From assembly GCA_000320545.1 (NCBI GenBank), contig ADNK01001273.1, positions 1 to 64,000 on the forward strand: a DNA stretch of 64,000 nucleotides. Direction: 5' to 3'. A program made the translations under genes and the position numbers. A model generated the notes under the pieces. It was not told the origin of the DNA. It saw only the letters and a program-made list of their open reading frames with translations, and ran no database searches. This stretch comes from Bigelowiella natans CCMP2755. Its lineage: Eukaryota; Protista; Cercozoa. Below are positions 52,320 through 64,000 of the stretch, in pieces; within the stretch, counting starts at the first letter, position 1, and every line of letters starts with the position of its first letter.

Positions 52320-54050
52320 AATTTGCGGCAACACATGTGCAGCTAGATAGCTGTGTACACGTTGTGAAGGGCTGAAGCACGTAGTCATTGTGCGTCTTGT
52401 GTTTGGCATCATCCTTCCCACAATTTAGCAATCACTCATCAACACCTCAGAACTTTCATTGTCCAACTCTGCAGAGCTAGCTAGCTAGCTATAGGCTTGC
52501 AGATTGCAGTGCAGCTCTGGAGTCAATCGTGGATTGTGATGCGCAGCCTGGGATGGACCACGCTGCACGGCTTTTTGGTGTGTGACTCACATGGTTGCAA
52601 CAGTTCATGGTCAAAGTTGCAAAGTTTGACAAAGCAAGAAAGTGCCAATGCCCCGCAGTTGCACGCAACAACGTGCACGTGCTAGTTGGGTGTGCTCACG
52701 ACCAAAAACCATTGTCGTCTGTCTAGCTGTGTCCAAAGGTGAATCACACCCAATCATGTCAGACTGGCAGACACATCAAAACCTGCAGCACTCATCATCG
52801 TGCATCACACAAGACGTTTCTCCCAGCTGGCAATCAGAATCATCGTTGAAATCAATTGCAACGACGTCCACAATTCACAACAGACAAAGGAATCCCACTT
52901 GGCCGTGCTGGCGTGACGTTCCACGATGGCAATGCTGGAACGATGAACGTGCAAAGTTCAATTGCACACCCATCGAAAGTTCACGTTTCGTCACTGTGTC
53001 AAAGTTTCCATCACATTGCCATCGACGTCAGTTGCTTCTCTGTTCATGCTGGCATGACTCCACGATCAACTTTTGCACTTCTTGTTGGACGATGCGAGTG
53101 CGGTTTGTCCACGTCGTCAGGCACCACGGAATCACGCAACGTTGTGTTGAAATTGCTCGTTTCAACAGAGTTTTCGGTGGTGCTCTCCTTGCTTGGCTCT
53201 CTGATTTCACCAACCCGCCTGGAAAGGTCTCAGGTGTGCACACGGTGGAGTTCAACGTTTGCGTGCTCGCAGGTTCACGTGACAATGCAGAGACTTCCTC
53301 ACGTTCTCCGTGCCCGTGCTGGAACGTTCCTTGGGCACGGTTCGGCGATTGTGCTAGCAGGCCTAGCTAGCTAGAGGCGTTGAAAAGCGGTGTGAGGTTT
53401 TGAAGCTGAAATTCGAAAAAAAATCAAATTTGAACTTCAAAAGGCTCCAGCGTGCTTCCAATGTCGCAATGATTGCAACGATTGAGCGCGCCAGGCTAGC
53501 AGGCCGCGCGCGCAAAGCACAGTTTGTGCAAACCCCAGTCGTCGTTGCCGGATTTGACGGAGTTGTGAGCTAGCTAGCGCTGCGATGACTCACGCTAGCA
53601 CGCACACACATGGCGCTGATCACATGCAGTTCTAGAGTTCCAAAGTTGCATCAGTTCACAGTAGCTAGGCAGGCATCATCTGAATCATGCGATCTAGACA
53701 ATTGCCACCCTAGCTAGCTAGGATACTCCACCACATCGCGCGTGATATGTGGCGCCTGTTCAACCAGAGGCAGATGAGCGTCGCATCGCACGCCACCACA
53801 CTAGCACACGCCGACTTGATGATCTAGTGATGTGTGTGGCGACATGCTTGTTATCTAGTCATCGTTGCTACAAATTTGCGGTGCGCACCGCGCCCACTAG
53901 CCCGGCCTAACGGTGTGGTGTCTCCCATCATGTGTCTACCTATCAGCATCTCCTAGTCAGCACGAACAGGCTGCACATTGATATGCATTGTTCGTCTATG
54001 CACTACATCGTGCCTAAATGTGGATGCACAAGCCCAGACATCGATGTGTG
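52320..54050. mobile_element. Unclassified degraded repeat or transposon relic with extreme TpA depletion
   Basis: In 52495-53660 all 11 TA dinucleotides (hand count) are in CTAG. Long Tyr-free frames exist because TAA/TAG stops are lost. Family not identified. Confidence 0.55.
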
Positions 54051-54361
54051 GCGTGTCAATATATCAAAATGGTTGTCTAGAGTGTGTGCTGCCCGACACG
54101 CTACGTCCTGTCGCACTTCGATGCTCATAGTAGACCGTGACATAGTGCGTCGTAAGATGTATTTCATTTATCTAATTATCTTTCTTAGCCTGAGCAGACG
54201 CCTGCCTCTTTAATTTTTCTGTTCCTATTGTCACATGTTACAACAACTCATGATTTGATAGATATCTTACCGTCGACACATTGGAAAAGAAATGGTGGAT
54301 TATGTCGGTGGAAAGTGCGAGATACAGTAGCAATCCCTTCACTCTGATTTTCGAAAAGGTT

Positions 54362-55924
54362 TCATGTTGTATTGGTACCGGTATTTCCATTTATTGATAT
54401 TCCAATGATGACTCCAAAGAGCCCTGAGTCGATGCATAAACGTGGTTAGGCTATTCCCTCGATTCTCGCGTATTGAGCGTTATCTCAAGTTAAACAATAA
54501 TTTTGTCAACTTGTTTAGGGAAGGGAATGCATTAAACTCTTCTTTTCTACAATGCTAGCATTTCTTTGTTTGTTCGTGTATCATCAGGTTTTTTTAGATG
54601 AAAATACTCACAGCCATCATTAATATAATCAGTACCTCCAGTGAGAAGGAGCAAGGCTGCTGAGAATGGCGATTTCTTCAGTATCTCGCCCACTTTAATG
54701 AATTCACTAACGAAGTAGCATTTTCACGTTAAAAAAATAAAAGATTAAACATTAAGTAAAACACTTAAATATTGTCATATTGTGATAATATAAAAGTCAA
54801 ACGTACGTCCATATCGCCACCAAAAATATGGAAACTATCCCCGGGGGCGAAGGCACTCTTTTGAACGGGGCCTCTTTGGCCCCAGCGAGAGCCCAGTTTA
54901 TGAGCTCCACATGGTTTGATATCGATTTCCTAAAATCGATGATGTCATGGTAAATGAGACAGTCAGGACTTGGATTTTTTGCGTCCTTAATTTTAGGAGG
55001 GGGGAGGAGAGAAGTAGCATGCGAACAAAAGATTATTCGGGTGTCATCAACGCACCTTTTCCAAGCGTATTGACCGTCCTTCATATAGACAAAGTGCGGT
55101 ATTCTCTTCATCCCGAGCTAACGATGTAGATATGTGAGTTTTAGATGACTAATATCACAGTAATACTGTTTAGGACGACATAATTTGTATCACAGGTGGC
55201 GTTAATAAACCAGCTGCGATCCCAGCCTGTAGTGATCTGTATCAACATAGGCTACGTTCACCTAGTAGTATTAAACACAGACAAACATTTATTTCACATG
55301 TCTGAAGCAAGTAACCAGCTAAAACTGACGAGCCAGCCAGTAAATTACCTGCTCGTGCAATATTTTAGCAGTCGCGGGCCAAATATGTGCCATCTTTACG
55401 CATTTAGAGTTGGAACTGTGTGGAGTTGGAAAAGGATCAAATCCAAGAAAAATGAAAAACGTATACATTCTGCCTCCCACCTTGGACAAAAAATTATCAG
55501 CCATGGTTTTTGGTAGCCTTACGAAATCACAAATATCAAGTTATTAGCATATGCAACGATCAGATGTCTCCCTCTTTGGGTTACGGAGCACTACCGGTTT
55601 CGATATATAATATATACACGTGTAAATATTTATAAATGTGTGAGGTTGGTACATCTCTGCATCAAGTGCTTTGAAATGTTGGGTCTACCTTTATTTGTGT
55701 CTCCCCAATTTAGGTCAGTCAACTGCATTGCGCACAAATTAATTCATTGGCAGTGGAGGGTTCACTAATGCAAAATATCTAACCTTGATGACATGCGATG
55801 ATGGTGTCTCTTTATCAGAGGCATCGCTGCGAGCGGTGGGGCGACCATCGGTGGCCAATGGCGGCAGTTTCCAACATTGAGCGGTGTGGAGTGTTGCCAG
55901 AAGCACAACAAGGAGGCCTTGCAT
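54362..55924 (-). CDS. Signal-peptide thioredoxin-fold membrane protein, TMX-like, apparently lacking a canonical CxxC (multi-exon)
   Basis: MQGLLVVLLATLHTAQC signal; KPWLIIFCPRW...KCVKMAHIWPATAKILHEQ|VNVAYVD...LGMKRIPHFVYMKDG...ELINWALAGAKEAPFKRVPSPP; C-terminal hydrophobic AALLLLTG|GLFGVIIGISI. Confidence 0.55.
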
Positions 55925-56149
55925 CTACAGTAAAGCTGGTTGGAATTTGATGAGCTTAGCGAGGGTGGGGAGCACGCGGAAAATAACGGCAGTACTCGCG
56001 ACAAGCCAGAGGCACGTGCCACATAATTCCACAAATCATGGCTGTTTTAATCCTGCGACAATGATTTTGACACGTGTCATCTGGAGTACGTCTTTTTCGA
56101 CACACAAAATGAAAAGAATCGAATCAAGCTCTGCGTGCATCGCAGCAAT

Positions 56150-57200
56150 TACAGCAAGCTGAGTTGTGCCGGTTCATCCGCCCGTTGTTGTTGTTTGTTC
56201 TTGCTCACGGCCTTGCACACCTTACTGTTGCGGATGATGCACTCTGATGATGATCGGGAGCTAGCCGAACAGGACAGGCCAAAAATTGGTGCATGTGGGC
56301 GCACGCACGTGTGTGGTGCAGTGCAATGATGTGTCACAGTGTTGTTCGACCTTTTGCGTTTGTGATGCTCTGGCTGGTGCCAAGCTGCAAGTGTGCAATT
56401 GGGCATTCATGTGTGCGTTGTGGCAGCCAGCACAGTGTGGCTGCAGCCGATGTTGTGCACGTGTCTCTGGCAGACAAGCATCACGCACGTGATTGAATGA
56501 TTGCCATCGATGCACGCGCACGCCATGAATCGCTAGATCGCACCAAACATGCTTGTGTGCACATCTGCACGTCTGCTGTGAATGTGCGCAGATCACAAGT
56601 GACAGTCCAACCATGACTAGCAGATGAGTCTGTGCGCACCATCCAACCATGCTGGCACAGCAGCATGTGGATGCATGCAACAGAAGCCACACTTTGGCAC
56701 TCATGATGGACACAGCAATGTGGCATGTGTAATGTGTATATGTCATATTGCATGTCTATCATACACGAGCGACATTTGTGCACACCATGCATGCCTAGCA
56801 TGGCCGGCGCGAATGAACGCTCCATTGTCAGCTGAAAGTTGTAGCTCATTGTGGACACGTGATGCCATGCACATGCAATGTGCATGACATCACTTCATCC
56901 ATTGTGAGCATGGCACTCATCACAGACACGCAACACCATGCACACACTGCACGTGACATCACTTTGTCCATCATGCTCATCATGAAAAAGCAACAAGTTT
57001 TTTTCAATTTTGAAAGTCGAATGCATGCAAGATGTCGCACTTCGTCTAGACGCATCTGCGGATCTAAGTGCAAAGTTCATCACCATCAGTAAAAGACAGC
57101 AGGTAAGCACAACATGCCATGCCACACATTGACACAACCTACAAGCAAAAACATCACCATGCTCCATCGAACATCATTGCGAAGGTGAGTTGTTCAAATG
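56150..57200. repeat. Degraded intergenic repeat-like island, TpA-depleted
   Basis: 56230-56725 contains only three TA, all in CTAG; dominated by TGCA, CATG and TGTG words. Confidence 0.6.
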
Positions 57201-57602
57201 ACGTCCTTGAGATCTGGGGGAATTTCAACGATCTGAAACAAATCATACACAATGAGTAGCTGCCACGAACATGCTTCCCTCACTACCACATTTTAGGAAC
57301 CAAAAAGCAATGTGCTGCGAATAGTGTGATCGAAAGTTTTGCAGTATTACCGCTTGTCGCGTACCCTGGCCTAGATATAGACACAAAATATATATTTATA
57401 TGTAAGTTGTCAAGTGCCTCACGAGATGAATAGAATGCGTATACTCTTGTTCTCTGGGCTGGAATCCTCGCCAGGGCTTCGAATGAAAACCATCCTACAA
57501 TATCCATAAACAGTGAGCATCCCAAGACGCGGTGAATATGTGTTAGGAACGGAGACAGAGTTGGACAGCAAGTTCAATACTCACATATATAAATATAATA
57601 CA

Positions 57603-57639
<37 letters not shown>

Positions 57640-57699
57640 ATATTATGTACATTTATAATATTATCTGATGCACATTATAAATTATGAATTCTAAAGCCA

Positions 57700-58226
57700 T
57701 CAACCAAGGCGGCCTTCGAGTCTCTTGTTCCCCTTCGTTCTTCGGGATGTCCGCTCGCCAACCTATGTGGAATACGGTCGTGGGTGAGGTGCTTGCAAAG
57801 GGAGCAATTGTCCTCCTTTTTCATTCTCACCATGGTTGCAGGCTTGCTGACCATGTGCATGGGCGCTGCCACAACGCCCCTCTTTTTCCCCTAATAAATC
57901 CACCACGCCACATCAGATTTTCGGAGAACGAGTAAAATCTCAACCTGACAACGTTAGGCTAGAGAAGTGGATTCTCAGGAAAAATTTCCTTCACTCTCAG
58001 GGCTTTGGTTGGCCATAAAATAAAAGCACTAATAGAGATCAATAAATATCTAAAATCAACTGAGTGGAAAATGGAAGACAACGACGTCGATACTACAGCG
58101 TGATTTGAGGCGGGGAAGGAAATGGTCCAGATTCGGCCTTGCTGAGATAGAGAACGGTCGCAGTATCAGCAGCAGCAGCGGCGGCAGCGGCGACAACGGG
58201 AACTTAAATCAAGGCGAAAATATACG

Positions 58227-58263
<37 letters not shown>

Positions 58264-58336
58264 ATCTAGCATAATCATATCACTTCTACTACTCCTACTA
58301 CAATTACTACAAGCACGATGCCTCCTAGTGAGAATG

Positions 58337-58376
<40 letters not shown>

Positions 58377-58764
58377 AATATATACACATATGTATAGATA
58401 TTGCACCGGGGTTTGCCAGGCGAGTGTATGAGGGCACATGCCCCAGACACATATGCAGCCAATTCGTCACCAGTCCCTAGACAAGAGCAACAACCAAACC
58501 CTCCATCATATACGCCTACTTCTACTGCTCGCCTTCCGATTTAGAACGGTGTGGAGCAGCAACCAGCAGCAGCGGTAGCAAACAGTAGGATGTGGCAAGA
58601 TGTGTAACCGATGGCACTTTCTTCCCTCACCGCTGCTATTTCATGGCTAATTTTCCTACTGCCATTGTGAGACAGCAGTTTCGAGGAGGGGTCAATGTGC
58701 AAGCATCTACAAATCATCATCATCACCATCATCATCAATACTACAACAACTACTGCTGCTGCTT

Positions 58765-58798
<34 letters not shown>

Positions 58799-59392
58799 CA
58801 CAGGATTTACGATGACCATGTTGTTCTGGCAAGCTAAATCGGAAAAGAGCAGCTTCAAGAGGGTCGGGTTCGTGCTTGTTGTCCCGCCCCCCGACTGACG
58901 CTCCTGCCGTTTTCTCTTCGCAAAGAAAGCTCTAAGCCTTAGCAGCTTTGCCAGATCCCACTGAGAGTTTGCAATCATGTGATATCCAGTAGAGGAGGAG
59001 GAGGAGAAAGCGGGGGGGGATAAAATCATATGATTGGGAGGTATTAAGAAGGTAGCACCAAAGAACCCCAATGCAAGAAAGTTGCGTCATATCAGCACCA
59101 TTCCGACAGTATACCCATCTTTATCGACGAGTATATCCGTATCCCCTTATCATCACCATCATCACCATCATATTTCCCAACTAACTTGTTCTTCTTATTT
59201 GCTGTTTCCTTCTACCTGAAGGCATCCGAAGGAGATCAGACAGGACTGCAGCACCAGCATTCCAACAACATAGCCTTGTAGGGGGGGTGGGGGGGGGGGG
59301 GGGGATAGGATCATGGTCGTATGAGTGGAGCAGGGGCCATGATAAACAGACGCAAACAACAGGGACAAAAAAGATACGACGGTAAAGATCCA

Positions 59393-59433
<41 letters not shown>

Positions 59434-62400
59434 AGTCGAGGAGAAAATCGTCCATTTTTGAATTGATGCCGTTTTGGTTATTTACATGTGTAGAAGAATG
59501 CCTCCAGGGTCAACACCAAACGCAGCAGCCACACGATGTGAGAAGGACCTGGAAGTGATGGAAGGCAATCAGCTTTACCGCATCATTGTCAGTACGACGG
59601 CTCGAAGGGTGATAATGCAATGCAAATTAAAGCAGTGAGGCAAATCATCATATGATTAGCAATATCATCGCCTCCTTCTCCTCCTCCTCATCAAGATCAA
59701 CATCATCATTCTTCTTCTTCTTCTTCTGTGTCATGTTACTACCATCGTCCATGGACATGACTATACGGACGCATCTGCCAGCGGGCATGTATGACGGAGG
59801 GAAGAGGCGACACGCACGCACACACGCACACAACCGCACACACAAACAAACCACAACCACAAACACGCGACCGAGTGGTCAGAACGATGTATGGAGATAG
59901 AACAGCAGATCTACATGCGAATATCTTCAAAGGTGGTAACGAGGATAATCGTAGAGATGATAATGATGATGATGATCATCATCATCATTATCAAGGCCCC
60001 TCTCCTCCTCCTCCTCCTCCTCCTCGTCCATTTTCTTTTTATTCTTCTTATTCTTCTTTACTGCATACTTGGTCATAGCCAGCGACTCCATTAACAACCA
60101 CCACCAGAATATATGTCTGGCCAAACAACAGCTGTGAGAATAAATGACAGGTGACTACAGGGAGGGGGGGTGGGGCGGGGGGAGGGATTTCAGTGGGACG
60201 AGTGTACAAAAAGGGTTCTTCTTCTTCTTCTTCTTCTTCTTCTTCTTCTACTTAGTGCTGTGGCACTACCTATTGGTGGCTCCGATGCAGGTTGATAGAA
60301 ATGGGCTGCGATCGGAAATGAGCAGCACCCACAAAACAACAACAACAACACCACATTAATAGGCGACAACACAAGCAGCAGCAACAACAACGACCACAGG
60401 ATAAATGGCGGCAGGAGATGAACATCGAACGTCAGGTGAGTCTTCTTCTTTCTCTATGCAGCAAACGCCTATTGCTATGGAAGGAAGGCCGCATATTAAA
60501 GATGCACAATCCCCCCCTCCTTCCCCGATAGATTTTCATATGCACGCATGGCTATGCGCACGATCGGGGACAGGTATTACCAGTGGTGATCGAATTTACA
60601 GACACACCGATTGCATCTGTAGCAATGCTTTGACCGCTGATGAGGAGAAAGAGAGGTGATGATGATGATGATGGTGTGCGCCAATAACCAAGCCGCAACT
60701 GTGGATTCAGAATGCCATGAGCTTCTTCGTCAAACAAGTATTTACTAACAACAAAAATAAGTCACATTTATCGAAAACGACAGTTTGCTGCCTTCCCCCC
60801 CGTCACTCGTCAAATCGCCAATTTCCAAATTGCGTACAGTCTTTGCACAATATCTCTCTCGTTTTCTTTTTTTCGGAGGGCGGGGGGTTAGCGCAAAGAG
60901 GAGATCGTTATTACAAAGGGCTTGATAATTTGGCATTCTTTGCAGAAGGCAGTTCCTGATCATGAAAGTTAGGTCAAAATGGCATCTTAAAGTTGCTTTT
61001 CGCGCTGTCAGTAGATTTTCACACTTACGTATGTACGGTACTGAGATCACCGATGATTCTGTTGTTGAGCGAAAATTGGCGTGTCGCAGATTTAAATAAT
61101 ATCGATGTTCTCGCTACACCCATAACATTCGAGAAAATCTCTACATTGAGAATTGTAGCCTTTCCAAAAGACTTGTACAACAATAACAAACAACTGCTAC
61201 CGTTACCACTAATATTACTGAAATTAACGACCACAACTTATTCGCACCTTTCGGAGGTTCTCGGGCGTATACTCTCTCGATATCTTCAAAGGGCAAGAAA
61301 ACATAAAGGGCGTCAGGCGATTGGGGATACGTTATTATTTCTAAAAAATGCTGACGAAACTGGAAACACCGGTGATGACTTTGTCTCAAGTGGACAAAAA
61401 CAAAACACCAGTCTCAGCTTCGGAATCCAACATTCAACGTATTCTTATAAATTGTTGCTGTGTTCTATTCACCTGCTCCGCCACGTGGAAGAAAGCCCCT
61501 CGCACCTTTTGGTTTGTTGATGATATTTAGGTGAGGCAATAGCAGATTACTGTAGTTGTTTGTCTATTGCATACTGCTACTGGAAGTCTTAACTCTTTCA
61601 TCTTAAAGGAATGGGTGCAAAGTAGCTGTATCATATATTTGCAAAGAAATCATAAACATGCGCACGCCGTCGGTTGCCTCCATCATAAACGATAATGCTC
61701 AGAAGATACTCTCCACCACCACCAAAACATCACTGCTACTTCTGTACGCTGTTGTTACCGAATACTAATCTGATCCAAAGCCCCACAGCAATGAAATGCG
61801 CGAGATACCTAGAACCATGAAGAGATCAAACATTAAAGTCTCTCGTTGTCTGGACGATTCTCGATCCCATTCTCACTCACCATGGCAAATAGTACGACGT
61901 GTCGCCGTCTTCGTATGCCCTGAAAAGGGACACATTTACATCGCGATCAGCTTGATGTCTCTGTAAATATAAGGGAAATCGCCACCTGTGCAAGTTGGAA
62001 GGGAATATCTGAATGCCTCCGAACAGAGTCAGGTTGAGGAATAGAAACCCTCGAATGGCGCTGCAAGAAAGGTTAGGAAACGTAATTATGGTCGCAGGGC
62101 CAACATCTTTGCCTGCCCTTTGTACGTCAGGAGGTTCTAAACTTTGATTCGCATCGAAATATCTCAGTGTGTTTAGATCAACCGGCTACGCTCTCGCCGC
62201 CGTTCTGAATCTGACCACGGTTCCTTTGGTATTACAGGGGGGGGGGGGGGGATCCAGCAACATATCATATCGTTCATGACGACGCCGTTAAGTCTGAAGC
62301 TGCAAAACATCATACAATTTCCCCCTTTTCCACTCTATGGTTGTTCTCTCCTTGCAATCCATCATACCTTAGGATCCAGCTGGGATCGTGCATTCAACTC

Positions 62401-62571
62401 GTCCGGAATGCCGGACGGCATCCCCAGTTGCTCAATTCGTCGCATTTCAACCGATGATCGCCCTTCAGACAGGAGTTCCTCGTCGGTCCCAGCGTCGTCG
62501 GCTTCGTTTTCATGCTCGCTAGAGATTCCTATAGAATTCCGGTCTCCTGAATCATAGTTTCTTCTCACCAT
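57700..62571 (-). CDS. Uncharacterised multi-exon probable membrane protein (boundaries approximate)
   Basis: First exon MVRRNYDSGD...QLDPK followed by a GT donor. Scattered GT-AG-bounded exons between microsatellite introns: FDEEAHGILNPQLRLG, SHRVAAAFGVDP, YVVGMLVLQSCLISFGCLQ, YHMIANSQWDLAKLLRLRAFFAK, GLVTNWLHMCLGHV. Confidence 0.4.
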
Positions 62572-62899
62572 GCCGAGGGACAGCACAACTGCAGGAGAGA
62601 GAGCCGCAGGAGGGCGGGGGAGGAATCGGGACTAGTTTTTGTCTTATCAAGACACATGAGAAGGAAGCTGCAAACAGAAACCATGGCATTATCTAAGTAA
62701 TGTCTGTTAAATGAGTTGTCGCTTTCTATGAACATATCCTATTTAATCAATTTGGAATTGCTCAAAGTTTCGGTTTATGAAATAAGTAAAACGGGACTCA
62801 TTTAGCACCTGCGACATCCACATCACCCGGAAAATACTTTAACCAAAAAGCCACGAGAGAAAAAATGGCGACCGACTACTAGCGCAAAAACGATGACGA

Positions 62900-63849
62900 A
62901 AACGATGACGATGACGATGACGAATCCAGAGGCCTAAAATCGAAGTTGAGGGAAAGTAGAATCGACGGACTGATTAGAAGGATTTGCAAGATTAAATTAT
63001 CATGAAGTCGAGCTTGCTGTTCTGCACCTCGCCGCGGAGGTAGTTTTCGTTTGACCTTTGCGCGAAAAGAGCAAGCGAGCACATACTTAATTTTTACTCT
63101 CATCTGACATTCGTTCCTCATTGAATTTTAGGCGGGCGAAGTATCTCAAGTCTCTGCAAAGGTGGCTTATGACCCGAACTGCCCTCTGGTGGGTCCTGAA
63201 CCTTGGGGGCATCGCCATCCTTTACATTTTGGTATTCATACTTCCACTATTAATATTTTCGAGAAAAGAAGCGAGATTGCATTTACCCAAAATCGATTCG
63301 ACTGTTATAACGGATTTGTACTTGGGGTTGCATCAGGTTTCCACGATCGCTGCAATTGTAGCGAACTCTCCCTCTGATTTCAGCGCATGGCTTGCCAAGA
63401 TCAAGCACACGCCAGAGTTACAGACCGCTCGTCTCTTCCTGGGGGGCTACAGCAGCTACCTGAGTGCAAGGAATTACTTTGAGTCGCAAAAACCATTGCT
63501 GGAAAAGGCGATGCGGGAGACAACCCTCCACCCTTACTGGGCATCTTCACAGAAGGATTTAACGGGAAAGGTTCGTGAATTGAAAATGTTGTTCTTGACT
63601 GGCAGCATTCATGAGTAGAGCTTCCACTGAGTCAGAATGGATATTGTGGTGTTACAGGAAACCTGGCAAGATATGGTCGTAGGTCGAATGAAAGGAATGG
63701 TTGATCAGCTAAAGACATCCGGATACGATGATTTCAAGGCAAGATCATGCATAGATTTTTCTAATCCATGGAAGCGGCTATCCGACGCCATGTGCAAGCT
63801 CGTGAAACACACCGCTGATGTCACTTCCATCTTAGGTCGAAAAAGATAA
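62900..63849 (+). CDS. Hypothetical membrane-anchored protein (start uncertain; may continue past the window)
   Basis: Exons ...YHEVELAVLHLAAE|, 63132-63570 with a hydrophobic helix (WWVLNLGGIAILYILVFILPLLIF), and 63658-63849 ETWQDMVVGRMK...; splice sites are GT-AG. Confidence 0.45.
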
Positions 63850-64000
63850 ATGCGAGATGTACGGGTTTCTCCAGAGGAACAACTTACCTTTTGTGCCCCT
63901 TCTTGGAATGTGGACAGACAAGGTTTTCTCGTATTCTCACCCGCATCTTCCAGCACTTACGTTGCGTGCCTAATGTTGTATCGTACATAATTCTTCTTTA

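Noticed and set aside
52642-53374. 242-aa and 172-aa Cys/His-rich ORFs suggestive of metal-binding proteins
   Set aside because: They are open only because TAA/TAG and Tyr codons are absent in the TpA-depleted island; no domain motifs.
57700-62571. Faint resemblance of C-terminal exons to TMEM39, and of one frame to DUF418 proteins
   Set aside because: Exon chain and phases could not be fixed by eye; similarity is too weak to name without an HMM search.
1-64000. tRNA, rRNA or snoRNA genes and telomeric arrays
   Set aside because: None recognised by eye; small intronic ncRNAs cannot be excluded without Infernal or tRNAscan-SE.

Overview
Gene-dense, intron-rich eukaryotic nuclear DNA with very abundant intronic microsatellites. 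A signal-peptide plus transit-like leader on a bacterial-type rRNA methyltransferase suggests an alga with a secondary plastid, possibly a chlorarachniophyte (inference only). Most ORFs in the supplied track are microsatellite artefacts, so genes were rebuilt by hand from GT-AG exons. In order: RBM28/Nop4-like RRM protein (-), RlmI-like methyltransferase (+), small orphan (-), SulP/SLC26 transporter (+), telobox-Myb/histone-fold protein (+), CLC channel (+), WrbA flavoprotein (-), F-box/FIST protein (+), a SWEET transporter fused to a C-terminal LOV domain (+), an SLC35/TPT transporter (+), a thioredoxin-fold membrane protein (-) and two unknown membrane proteins. Two signals stand out. (1) One phase-consistent spliced gene at 44176-48781 encodes a full 7-TM SWEET plus a LOV domain that keeps the photoactive Cys and signalling Gln: a candidate blue-light-regulated sugar transporter. 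(2) Intergenic repeat and LINE relics have lost almost all TpA dinucleotides except within CTAG, with Tyr->His/Cys changes in RT motifs, pointing to a RIP-like TpA->CpA/TpG mutation process acting on repeats.
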